Of a stretch of DNA of 64,000 nucleotides, positions 38,918-47,938 are shown one piece after another. The first letter of the stretch is position 1. Each line of letters starts with the position of its first letter. The position numbers and the translations under genes were made by a program. This DNA is from a virus (lineage: Duplodnaviria > Caudoviricetes): positions 32,001-96,000 of the IMG/VR virus record IMGVR_UViG_3300013121_000029; one strand, given 5' to 3'. The notes under the pieces were generated by a model. It searched no databases. It saw only the letters and a program-made list of their open reading frames with translations, and was not told the origin of the DNA.

Positions 38918-39517
38918 TCAAACAAACGGTTTTGCAGTTTCTGATTTAGCAGGATCGAACATGTATCTATATAATACTTTTGGAATAAAGTATTCACGTT
39001 GTATTAATTCTGTAACTTGTCTACACCAACCAACATCTTCTTGTAATTGCAAATTAGGGAACGAACGTTGTTTTGCAATTTCGGTTCTCCATATCATAGT
39101 ATGTGCTGGTTTCCCGGTCCATTTTTTTGCTGCCGTATCTAATGTATAATCAAAGTCTTTACTATATGTGCAAGTATGAACATATTGACCTTTTTTGTAA
39201 TAATCTTGGATAAATGTAATACAATCAACGGGTACTTCATCGTTAGCAGTATTTTTAATTACTTTGAGAATCTCAGATATATAATCTGGTGATACCATAT
39301 CGTCGTCGTCGATAAATGTGAGATACTTGCCTCTTGCTAAAGAGAGTAGCATATTGCGTTTTTCACCAATCGTCATTCTTCTGTTGTCATATAAACTAAG
39401 AATTTCCACTTCTTTATTATCACCAATTTGCTTTTCCAATTCAGCTAATAATTGTTGGACAACGTTGTTTCTTCTTGCTGGAACAGTTGGTATTAAGATG
39501 GTAAGTAGTGGTGTCAT
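38918..39517 (-). CDS. GT2 glycosyltransferase
   Basis: TILIPT, IGEKRN, TFIDDDD, QED. Confidence 0.75.
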   Translation of the reverse strand: MTPLLTILIPTVPARRNNVVQQLLAELEKQIGDNKEVEILSLYDNRRMTIGEKRNMLLSLARGKYLTFIDDDDMVSPDYISEILKVIKNTANDEVPVDCITFIQDYYKKGQYVHTCTYSKDFDYTLDTAAKKWTGKPAHTMIWRTEIAKQRSFPNLQLQEDVGWCRQVTELIQREYFIPKVLYRYMFDPAKSETAKPFV

Positions 39518-40326
39518 AATTTTCCCCAATTAATTGTTGTATTTACGTGTATTTTATTATCAGCATTATTTTTCAAAAAAAGCTGTTTGTTTAGTTCTAT
39601 TAAATCATTTGTTGATTTTTCTCCTTTTATATGAGGAGAAAATAAGTGAATAACCCATAAATCCATTGGTATATCAATGTTTACTTCATAATATCGTGGA
39701 GAATCTAATCTTCTTACACTATGCTTACATCCAAGTCTTAATAATCGTTCGACCAGATCATCATCCTCATATCCCATTCCAGTAAATGTTTCATCATATC
39801 CACCTACTGTCATAAATTGATGTTTTGATACTCCTAAACAAAAAGGAAGATATACAGTAAGTCCAAATTCTGCTGCACCACAATCATTAATAGTAATAGG
39901 TTGACCTTTTTTTAATTTGTTTAGAAAAAATCCTTTTCTATCATCTACTCCTCTCACTGTACATAACAAATTTGGATCATCTTGTATTTTGTTAGCAATA
40001 TATTGTATCGTGTTTCCTACATGATACATTTCCCCACAACATAATACAATAATATCAGACGATGCTAATTTAGATCCAATGTTGTAGGCATAACCTGGTA
40101 CTCTCCAAATATTTTTTCCTTGTTTAGTTTTACCACTATGAATATATTTGATGTTCAATTGGCGTTCATATTGTTTAACGAGTTGCTTACATTCGTTATC
40201 AGAAATATAAAAATCATCAAGGACTATAATTTCAACATCGTTCTTTTGTTCTGATAATGATTTTAAGTTCCACTGAAGAACGTCATTACGTTTGTGAGTA
40301 GCTATTAAAATTGAACACAGGCTCAT
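39514..40326 (-). CDS. GT2/GT7-like glycosyltransferase
   Basis: IIVLDD, YNIG, VGGYDETFTGMGYEDDDL. Confidence 0.75.
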   Translation of the reverse strand: MSLCSILIATHKRNDVLQWNLKSLSEQKNDVEIIVLDDFYISDNECKQLVKQYERQLNIKYIHSGKTKQGKNIWRVPGYAYNIGSKLASSDIIVLCCGEMYHVGNTIQYIANKIQDDPNLLCTVRGVDDRKGFFLNKLKKGQPITINDCGAAEFGLTVYLPFCLGVSKHQFMTVGGYDETFTGMGYEDDDLVERLLRLGCKHSVRRLDSPRYYEVNIDIPMDLWVIHLFSPHIKGEKSTNDLIELNKQLFLKNNADNKIHVNTTINWGKL

Positions 40327-41201
40327 AAATTATCTAATTCTCTCAATGTTGTTTTACTTTGTTTTTCGAATAATCCAATTGCTTTTGTGACTGCTCCAAA
40401 TCCATTATAATTTGACGGTACAACTTTTGATTCTATCACATCACCCATAGGATGTCCTCCGAACCAATGTATTCCGATACATTGAGGTGAAAAATTAAAA
40501 TTAGGTTGTTTATACATATCATCTATTTGGGAACGTGATGGAATAACAGGATACACTAATTCTGTGAAAAATTCTGAACACTCAGGAAATGATTTAACGT
40601 GTTTTGTAAATAGAAAAGTTCCAAACTTTTGGTAATTCTCTGTTTGTGTTTGAAGTTCTTTAAGGGCAATATCATATAATGTCTTATAAAACACATTATC
40701 AGAGGATGCCATTAAAAATCCGATTGGAAAGGCTAAATCTTTTGCAGGATACTTACAAATCATATACGGTGTACGTTTGTTAATCTTATATGGTATATTA
40801 TTCATAGGTTTAAAAAATATAATATCCATATCCGACCAAATTCCCCCTTGCTCACCAAGAATTTTCCATCTTATAATATCTGATTTATACACATCTGTAA
40901 GCATTTCAGGAATTCCTAATTCTTCGAAGTTAATTTCTTCAATTATTAAATTAGGCAATGTGGATAATAAGTGTGAATAATCTTCTGATGGTAATGTGCG
41001 TGTTTGATGAACTGAATGATAAGTAATTTTGGAATCCTTTATTTTAGGAACATAATACTTTAGTTGCCAATCAGGATTTAATTTAGCAAACGTGTGTAGC
41101 GTCAAGAATCTTACAAATGGTAATTTACTATTACCCCAATAAAAATGTGCTATTTTTGGTATTTCTGAACCGAATTGTATAAATGGTGTGTTATTTTTCA
41201 T
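40323..41201 (-). CDS. GT32-like DXD glycosyltransferase
   Basis: IPKIAHFYW, SDIIRW, GGIWSDMD. Confidence 0.78.
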   Translation of the reverse strand: MKNNTPFIQFGSEIPKIAHFYWGNSKLPFVRFLTLHTFAKLNPDWQLKYYVPKIKDSKITYHSVHQTRTLPSEDYSHLLSTLPNLIIEEINFEELGIPEMLTDVYKSDIIRWKILGEQGGIWSDMDIIFFKPMNNIPYKINKRTPYMICKYPAKDLAFPIGFLMASSDNVFYKTLYDIALKELQTQTENYQKFGTFLFTKHVKSFPECSEFFTELVYPVIPSRSQIDDMYKQPNFNFSPQCIGIHWFGGHPMGDVIESKVVPSNYNGFGAVTKAIGLFEKQSKTTLRELDNL

Positions 41202-41854
41202 TTTGGCCTATTAATTTCCCAATTGGACGTTATTTTTTCTTCATAATCTCGTGATGCTCCTCTAACAATACTAAACCCAGGTGCAGTACGACATATTGGA
41301 TCTTTAGGGCAAAATACTTTCATTCTTGAAGCACTATCCTTCATTAATCCGTCAAATGGTCTTGAAGTCATATTATCATATAACATGTCTAATGCAGTAG
41401 CGATTCCCTTTCTTGACATAGCATATGCAAATAATCCTAACATCTTTGTAGGAATGTACAAGTTATCTGTATAACGTTTCATAGGAGCATCAGGATTACC
41501 ACCTAAGTATAATATATCCCAATCAGATGGTAAGTCTGCTAATGCTTTTTTCAATAAACTTTTATGTTCTGATGTTACATAAAAATCATCTTCAAAGATC
41601 AACGCAGCATTAGCGTTTTGTGCTAATGCTCTAGTTAGTGCCTTAGCGTGACTTAAATTGGCTCCAATGTTTCCTCGAACAAATTTCATAACAGATGTAT
41701 TAATATCTTCTGGTGGAGGAGTAGCATAAACTTGTTCCACTTGATTTTCAATGTTCATTAGTTTGAATTGTTTCACACATGTGTTCCAACGAGATGTGGA
41801 CTCAGGAAGATTAATACAGGCTTTGTATTCAAAGAAGGAGTATGGATTGGTCAT
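41198..41854 (-). CDS. GT25 glycosyltransferase
   Basis: CINL, LSH, LIFEDD, WDILYLGG. Confidence 0.78.
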   Translation of the reverse strand: MTNPYSFFEYKACINLPESTSRWNTCVKQFKLMNIENQVEQVYATPPPEDINTSVMKFVRGNIGANLSHAKALTRALAQNANAALIFEDDFYVTSEHKSLLKKALADLPSDWDILYLGGNPDAPMKRYTDNLYIPTKMLGLFAYAMSRKGIATALDMLYDNMTSRPFDGLMKDSASRMKVFCPKDPICRTAPGFSIVRGASRDYEEKITSNWEINRPK

Positions 41855-41876
41855 ATGAGATATTAGTTATTTTAAG

Positions 41877-42002
41877 TATTTATGATAACTAAAGAAACAA
41901 GGAAATCATCTAACGATGATTGCTCTTTGTCATTTTCGTTTCGCAAAAAGATTTTACATAGACAATCAAATTAAATCAACGAGGCGTTTTCGGAAATAAA
42001 TA
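41877..42002. promoter_or_regulatory. Divergent late promoters of the glycosylation cluster
   Basis: ATAAATA on - at 41877-41883 and on + at 41996-42002. Confidence 0.55.
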
Positions 42003-42025
42003 CTACAAATATTATTATAACATAT

Positions 42026-42607
42026 ATGAAAAAATGTATAATTGTGGCCGATGGTCCGAGCGCAAAAGATTTTGTCCCTCCCTCTAATGTTCCAATAATT
42101 GCTGTTAAAGGAGCTATAGAATGGTTATCTCGTGCTGATTATTGGTTTTCTCTTGATCCCAATGAACGAACCATGCAAGTTATTAATAATCCCAAAGAAG
42201 GGGTTAAATATTATTGTGCATGTCCTGATAACATTGTATTACCTAATCATGTTATTAGATTAAAAAGAATTGCTGCGCACACACTTCCGAGACATTTGAT
42301 GCGAACAATGATTCAAAGATGGTCTTGTGTGTTAACATTGAATGAAGATCCGACCTGTATTAATACAGGAAATAGTGCATATGGAGCATTAGGTCTTGCA
42401 TATCATCTTGGATTTAGAGACGTATTATTAGTTGGAGTAGATGGAACAATGCAACCACGGTTAAGTGATAAAAAACGTCCAAATAATTTATCACACTTAC
42501 CTGAACTATTTGAGTCTACCTTACATCAAGTGAAATTATCATCGATAAGTCGATTGGGAAATAAGATACCTAAAGTAACATTAGAGGAATGGTTAAATGA
42601 CGAATGA
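42026..42607 (+). CDS. Glycosyltransferase-like protein (Maf/DUF115-like)
   Basis: IIVADGPS, TGNSAYGALGLAYHLG, LLVGVD. Confidence 0.55.
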   Translation: MKKCIIVADGPSAKDFVPPSNVPIIAVKGAIEWLSRADYWFSLDPNERTMQVINNPKEGVKYYCACPDNIVLPNHVIRLKRIAAHTLPRHLMRTMIQRWSCVLTLNEDPTCINTGNSAYGALGLAYHLGFRDVLLVGVDGTMQPRLSDKKRPNNLSHLPELFESTLHQVKLSSISRLGNKIPKVTLEEWLNDE

Positions 42608-43235
42608 AATTAAAACAGTACTATGTGTGTTGAAGTCGGGTGGAAGGGAATATTCAGCACAAAATGTTCATATTCTTCAAGCATCATTAGCTAAACACAG
42701 TAATGCAAAACTAGTATGTTTATCAGATATCAAAGTTCCTTGCGAACGAATTCCGTTAGAATATAATTGGCCAGGATGGTGGTCTAAAATGGAATTGTTT
42801 AAACAGGTCTTTGATGACTCGGTCCTTTATGTTGATTTGGATACTACATTTGTTGATGATCCTGCTCCTTTGTGGAGAGAAGATTTTACAATGTTGGAAA
42901 GCATTTGGAAAAAAGGGGGATTAGGATCAGGGATTATGTCATGGAAGGGGGATTATAGATATTTGTTTGAAGCATTTAAAAAGAATCCTGCAAAGTACAT
43001 CGCAGAGTATAAAACAAACGGAAAATGGGGGGATCAAGATTTTATTCGTGATCACTTAGGATTTGTTCCGAAGTTTTTCGAAACGTCTCTTGCTGCTTCT
43101 TATAAAGGACACTGTACTGATCATTTAAGAAAACCTTTTTCGATACCACATCCTGATGTAAGAGTGGTTTACTTTCACGGTAAACCACGTCCGTGGCAAG
43201 TTCAACCTGTATCGAAAATTATTGATACAAAGTAA
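42597..43235 (+). CDS. GT8-like glycosyltransferase
   Basis: WWSKMELF, YVDLD, GDQDFI, VVYFHGKPRPW. Confidence 0.7.
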   Translation: MTNEIKTVLCVLKSGGREYSAQNVHILQASLAKHSNAKLVCLSDIKVPCERIPLEYNWPGWWSKMELFKQVFDDSVLYVDLDTTFVDDPAPLWREDFTMLESIWKKGGLGSGIMSWKGDYRYLFEAFKKNPAKYIAEYKTNGKWGDQDFIRDHLGFVPKFFETSLAASYKGHCTDHLRKPFSIPHPDVRVVYFHGKPRPWQVQPVSKIIDTK

Positions 43236-43467
43236 TTGGAATTTCTTCTAATGGTTTCATTTCAATTCGATATGTACAATCGTTTTTAGTGCCGTGATAA
43301 TTTCTCATACATTCTAAACGTTTTGATTCAATATCACGCAAAGTCGGATGAAAAAATAATACTGACAAAGCACCTATCATAAAAAACAAAAATGCTATAA
43401 GTGCGCGTGAGAAAAATAATTTAAATAAAGAAGGATCATCCTTTCTTTTTTTCGGAAATCGCTTCAT
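43219..43467 (-). CDS. Small membrane protein
   Basis: One TM helix. Confidence 0.45.
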   Translation of the reverse strand: MKRFPKKRKDDPSLFKLFFSRALIAFLFFMIGALSVLFFHPTLRDIESKRLECMRNYHGTKNDCTYRIEMKPLEEIPITLYQ

Positions 43468-43633
43468 TCATATTCTCCATACCAAAAATAAAACCATAAA
43501 TCAATAATGCTAACATAACTAATGATGCAAAATATTGTCCATTATCGAAAAATGTGAACATTGCATCTCCAATCGCAATAATGACTCCCCAAAAAATAAT
43601 TACTATACTTGTCGTTTTAAGCATTTGTTTCAT
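43436..43633 (-). CDS. Small two-TM membrane protein
   Basis: Two hydrophobic helices; AGGAG RBS. Confidence 0.5.
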   Translation of the reverse strand: MKQMLKTTSIVIIFWGVIIAIGDAMFTFFDNGQYFASLVMLALLIYGFIFGMENMNEAISEKKKG

Positions 43634-44393
43634 TGATTTCTCCTGTTAATAAACTGTGGTTAAATTTTTCATACTCACCGTTTTCGAAGAGATTTCCAGA
43701 TGTCTCACTTCCGTAATTTTCAATATAATTTGTTATTTCATAAACAGTATCCTTTCCAGTAGTTCCATATTTTCCATATGATTTAACCATATCAAAATTT
43801 CCAGATAAGTGTTTAATTAATAACCACTTACTAAAGTTTATATTCGAAGTTGGTAAAGCAACTGTCACGAGAGGACGAATACAAGGAATCTCCCATGAGA
43901 AATTAAGATCGTTTTCAATGACATCATCGTCGATAAACGACAGTAATTTTGAGATAATCTGATTAGGAGTTAGATTGTTAAAAGTATTATCGTTAAAATT
44001 CTGTTCGACAATAGTATCGATAGCTGTTAACACATCATTTTTAAGAATTACTCTATCACATTGCCATAAAATGGCATCCTCGGACCTGCTTATAATTGAC
44101 CAATGTGTATCGATATCAATCTTAGTATAAGCATAGAGAGACGAACTAAGTTGCTCCCATGTAAAAGGACCTTTGAATGGAATATTAAATAATTTAACAG
44201 GTAATGCGCCATATAATTTTGTATATGGTTTTATATTGATCACAATATGATCACTAACAAACGATTGTTCTTCTGTTAATAACGTTTTGGATGCATCTTC
44301 AATTATTTGAGAGAACAATTGAGTCTTCGCTAGTCGAGTTGCTAGATTCAGATAAGAGGAATCTAGCAATTTGCGAAATAGTAGCTGGTTCAT
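43617..44393 (-). CDS. Hypothetical protein
   Basis: 258-aa ORF, AAAGGA RBS. Confidence 0.55.
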   Translation of the reverse strand: MNQLLFRKLLDSSYLNLATRLAKTQLFSQIIEDASKTLLTEEQSFVSDHIVINIKPYTKLYGALPVKLFNIPFKGPFTWEQLSSSLYAYTKIDIDTHWSIISRSEDAILWQCDRVILKNDVLTAIDTIVEQNFNDNTFNNLTPNQIISKLLSFIDDDVIENDLNFSWEIPCIRPLVTVALPTSNINFSKWLLIKHLSGNFDMVKSYGKYGTTGKDTVYEITNYIENYGSETSGNLFENGEYEKFNHSLLTGEINETNA

Positions 44394-44784
44394 GTTTGTG
44401 TCCTTTAATGTATGAAGTTAATGGGTGTTGATCGTTCAAAAAATCGGTTATTTGTTTTTTGCTATTAAAATATGAAGCGCCATCAGTTACTACAAAGCAA
44501 GACCATTTCCATTCGTAATGTCCTGCATTGAAGTTAAAACGAAGTTCCCAACAAGTAATATGTTCTTTCTTTTCTAAGAAGATACATTCAATTTCTAAAT
44601 TAATTGTTGCAACAGTTGAATCACTGATGGTTGGAGGCAATTCTACAAACCTAATTGAGCTAGGCAATCTCTCAAATGGTGAGAATTCATTTGTGTCTGT
44701 AAATAAATTTAATTTTGGATCTAATGTGAGATTAGACACATCTAACATTAATTCAACATACTTATTTGTATGATTGGGCCACAT
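44299..44784 (-). CDS. Hypothetical protein
   Basis: 161-aa ORF, GAGGAG RBS. Confidence 0.55.
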   Translation of the reverse strand: MWPNHTNKYVELMLDVSNLTLDPKLNLFTDTNEFSPFERLPSSIRFVELPPTISDSTVATINLEIECIFLEKKEHITCWELRFNFNAGHYEWKWSCFVVTDGASYFNSKKQITDFLNDQHPLTSYIKGHKHEPATISQIARFLLSESSNSTSEDSIVLSNN

Positions 44785-44936
44785 TATTTTTTTCTCCTCA
44801 TTCTGTACATTAAATTAGATTTGGGCGGGGTTTTGTATTGAGAAGATTTAATCAATAATTGTTTGATATATGGATATGCATATAATACAAAAATTATAAA
44901 ACATGCCAATAAAAAAACATGAAAAAGTGATGTCAT
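44784..44936 (-). CDS. Small membrane protein (50 aa, below ORF-track cutoff)
   Basis: MTSLFHVFLLACFIIFVLYAYPYIK...RRKK; TAATG-coupled at both ends. Confidence 0.5.
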   Translation of the reverse strand: MTSLFHVFLLACFIIFVLYAYPYIKQLLIKSSQYKTPPKSNLMYRMRRKK

Positions 44937-45622
44937 TATTTAAACTCCTCTAAAATTAAAAGTGCATTATTCCAGTCTTTCGATTTTGCTTCTTTGAACC
45001 AATCTGTATAAAAAACAGCATTTTTCAAAAATTGAATTTGTAGTGGAACAAATGTTTCTACTGTCAAGTCCTTAAATTTAGGACTTCTTTTAAGTTCTGT
45101 TAATAATCCTTCAAATATCATATCCATCCAATCAGGCTCTAATATTTGCATTAAATCACAATCCCGAATGATTTTTTGTTCGAGGGTAATTGGTTCTTTA
45201 CAAAAAGGATATTCAGTTACACTAATTATACTAGCTGTTTCATTGACAAACGATGCATCCCATCTGTCTTTTAAAGATTCAACAGCTTCATTGATAGCAA
45301 GAGCTACATTAATTGTATCATTGAATTTTCCGGCAGTATGATGGATGTCATGAAACACACATGCAGCAATTAATTCTTTCATGTGCTTAGGTGTTTGTTT
45401 TCGTTTAATGTACCAATGACATGCATCATAAGCATTAACCACCATGCAAGCAGTATGATATGTGTTATGGTAAGGATTATTTTTAAGTGCAGGATTATTC
45501 ATTGCAATGTTAAATTCTGGCTCTAAACCAAACATTACACATACTTGTTTAGCTTGTATGATTTTATTTGCGCGATGTTGAGGAACGTGGTGTTTGTGTT
45601 TTATGTAATCTACAACATTCAT
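44936..45622 (-). CDS. HD-domain phosphohydrolase / phosphodiesterase-like
   Basis: NPYHNTYH, VFHDIHH, IRDCDL; start MNVVDY after AAGGA; promoter TTGAAC-17-TATAAT at 45676-45648. Confidence 0.75.
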   Translation of the reverse strand: MNVVDYIKHKHHVPQHRANKIIQAKQVCVMFGLEPEFNIAMNNPALKNNPYHNTYHTACMVVNAYDACHWYIKRKQTPKHMKELIAACVFHDIHHTAGKFNDTINVALAINEAVESLKDRWDASFVNETASIISVTEYPFCKEPITLEQKIIRDCDLMQILEPDWMDMIFEGLLTELKRSPKFKDLTVETFVPLQIQFLKNAVFYTDWFKEAKSKDWNNALLILEEFK

Positions 45623-45682
45623 CGTATAATCCTTAATTATTTTGATTATTATACGATGAATATTTTTGAAGTTCAACTATTT

Positions 45683-45970
45683 TTAAGGATCATATGTTTG
45701 GGTTTGACCGAAACTTGTCATTACATCTTTATCAACTTCTACTAATTGATCATCTGTAAATTGTTGATTGATATTAACTTTAACACATTTATAACCTTTG
45801 GCTTTCATTGTTTCCCACAATCCTTCATACATATTAGTTTGAACAGGAACGGCCAATTCAAAATGTTTCTCAAATGCTTGCTTAAGCGTAAGTTTTATAT
45901 CATTACCTGAAGCATATACAGTACCTCGTTGAGTCAAAACTAACCACAAACTATCTTGTACTTTAAGCAT
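45683..45970 (-). CDS. Hypothetical protein
   Basis: 95-aa ORF, AGGAG RBS. Confidence 0.5.
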   Translation of the reverse strand: MLKVQDSLWLVLTQRGTVYASGNDIKLTLKQAFEKHFELAVPVQTNMYEGLWETMKAKGYKCVKVNINQQFTDDQLVEVDKDVMTSFGQTQTYDP

Positions 45971-45971
45971 A

Positions 45972-46655
45972 TTATTCTCCTGACATTAAAAAGTTATTCA
46001 TAATATCATGATATGCAATGAGATGTTCTCTATCAAAAATGTAAACTTGATCGCACACTATTGCGATTTCATGACCTGAGCGAATTGCAGCTTTTAAATT
46101 TTCATCAGTATACTTAAATGTATCTAAAAGATGCATGAAATACTCTTTTTTCTCTGATGCCCATTTATTAGACCATTGACGATAAAGAGGAGCATTTGAT
46201 GCCGTTGGTGAATCACTTTTATACTGAGAGTAATATTCATTGTCATCCTCGAACTTGTTATCAAGAGCGAATGTAAAATCCGGTATAATAGGGGACCAAT
46301 AAAACGTAAAATCTCCTTTCGGGAGAACACACATTACATTACCAAACTCGTCTGCTTGCCCAATCTCTCCTGTTGTAAATAACGCTTCAGATCTTACTTT
46401 AACACCGAATTTTTGTTGGAAATACTCATTTGCATTATCATGATATGCTTGAGGTGAGCCAAGTGGTTTACGATCTTTTCTAACTTTAGCGAGTGTTAAG
46501 TCATTTTGAAACGATTGTTGAAATCCACGAAATAGTGGAAAATTTTTGAGATCATAATTTATTTGTTGTAAGAAAGGTTTACACTCTTCAAATAATATTG
46601 TAGCTATTTCTAAATCTCGTTGGTTTATATTAGTTGTAATTTCGTGCAGCTTCAT
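45972..46655 (-). CDS. Putative ADP-ribosyltransferase-like protein, MKLHEI leader
   Basis: LFRG, LFTTG and GHEI spaced like the ART R-S/T-E triad (inference). Confidence 0.4.
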   Translation of the reverse strand: MKLHEITTNINQRDLEIATILFEECKPFLQQINYDLKNFPLFRGFQQSFQNDLTLAKVRKDRKPLGSPQAYHDNANEYFQQKFGVKVRSEALFTTGEIGQADEFGNVMCVLPKGDFTFYWSPIIPDFTFALDNKFEDDNEYYSQYKSDSPTASNAPLYRQWSNKWASEKKEYFMHLLDTFKYTDENLKAAIRSGHEIAIVCDQVYIFDREHLIAYHDIMNNFLMSGE

Positions 46656-47368
46656 TAGATTATCTCACCATTGACTATAAAATTTGAAGGCAACTGTTCT
46701 TTTTTAAATTTTAAATTAGGAAAAGAGTTTAAACTTGAATGGTTAACATATAACCTTCCTTGTACCACAACATTGTGTCTACTTAATTCATCTACTAACA
46801 TTTTATGGTATTCAGGAATTTCGCCAATTGGCATTTCTTGTAACATTAATAAATCTTCGCCAATTTCATCAGGAATACCATTTAATGTTTTGTAGCCACT
46901 ATACGATATGTTGAGATCAATTTTTATTTTCTTGGGTAATCCTTGTAATGTTTTTAAAGTGGATATGTATCTTCCATAATAAGATGAAGCATTTTGAGTG
47001 ACGTGTTGAAAAGATTCGATACTAGTGTCTGTACAGACATATGCTTCTTTAACTATTCTAGGTGAATATTGTAACGATCTAAGAGATCTATTCCCCGCAC
47101 AATTAAACTCACCTTCTACTATAATTGGACATCCTTTAAGTGTGTTAAGGGCAGAATCTACAATACTAAAATCACCCTCTACAGTACCAAATTGAACAGG
47201 AAGATTGTTATGGTCGAACCTGTGAAGGTTAACACTGTTTTGCACATGAACGTGTCCAGTATGTTTCCCTATAACAATATCTTCAATACCATGCCTTTCA
47301 CACCACTCGTGTATTTGTTTGTGGTCTGTGAGGAAGGATTGTTGTTCAACAAGTTGTTGTAATTTCAT
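46655..47368 (-). CDS. LRR-like repeat protein
   Basis: LNTLKGCP, LRSLQYSP, LKTLQGLP; N-terminus paralogous to 22521-23054; late promoter 47388-47394. Confidence 0.7.
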   Translation of the reverse strand: MKLQQLVEQQSFLTDHKQIHEWCERHGIEDIVIGKHTGHVHVQNSVNLHRFDHNNLPVQFGTVEGDFSIVDSALNTLKGCPIIVEGEFNCAGNRSLRSLQYSPRIVKEAYVCTDTSIESFQHVTQNASSYYGRYISTLKTLQGLPKKIKIDLNISYSGYKTLNGIPDEIGEDLLMLQEMPIGEIPEYHKMLVDELSRHNVVVQGRLYVNHSSLNSFPNLKFKKEQLPSNFIVNGEII

Positions 47369-47393
47369 ATGTTAAAGTATTTTATGATATTTA

Positions 47394-47927
47394 TCAATAT
47401 TCTTGTGTATCTTGATTAATTACAATACTATTCATATGTTGTTCAATTTCATCGTATGACCAAGGTGTAAAATTATGTCCATCTACACCAACGTCTAAAA
47501 TTCTACCAGGTCCTTTGTATCTTGTATGGGTGTGTCCGTGAAGATGGAATGATCCGTGAAAGCTACCATTCCAACTAGCAAAAGGATAATGGCAGAGTAC
47601 AACTTTTTGTTTATTTCTAATGCTGATTTCTTTATAGTGAGTCATTTCGTCAAAGTATGCTTTAACTTCTCTATCCCACATCTGCTTGTCATGATTACCA
47701 ACGATTAGAATTTTCTTACCATTCAATCTTCTCAAAATATTGCATAAGATATCAGGTCTTGCAAATCCAAAATCTCCTAAATGAAACACTGTATCTGTGG
47801 GTTTAACTACTTTGTTATGATTTTCAATCATAGTTTCATTCATCTCTTCAACTGAAGAGAAGGGTCTATTACAATATTTAATTATATTTTTATGGTAGTA
47901 ATGGGTATCACTAGTAAGCCAATGCAT
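47394..47927 (-). CDS. Calcineurin-like metallophosphoesterase
   Basis: SDTH, HLGDF, GNHD, CHYP, HGHTH. Confidence 0.88.
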   Translation of the reverse strand: MHWLTSDTHYYHKNIIKYCNRPFSSVEEMNETMIENHNKVVKPTDTVFHLGDFGFARPDILCNILRRLNGKKILIVGNHDKQMWDREVKAYFDEMTHYKEISIRNKQKVVLCHYPFASWNGSFHGSFHLHGHTHTRYKGPGRILDVGVDGHNFTPWSYDEIEQHMNSIVINQDTQEY

Positions 47928-47938
47928 TTTATTCTCCT

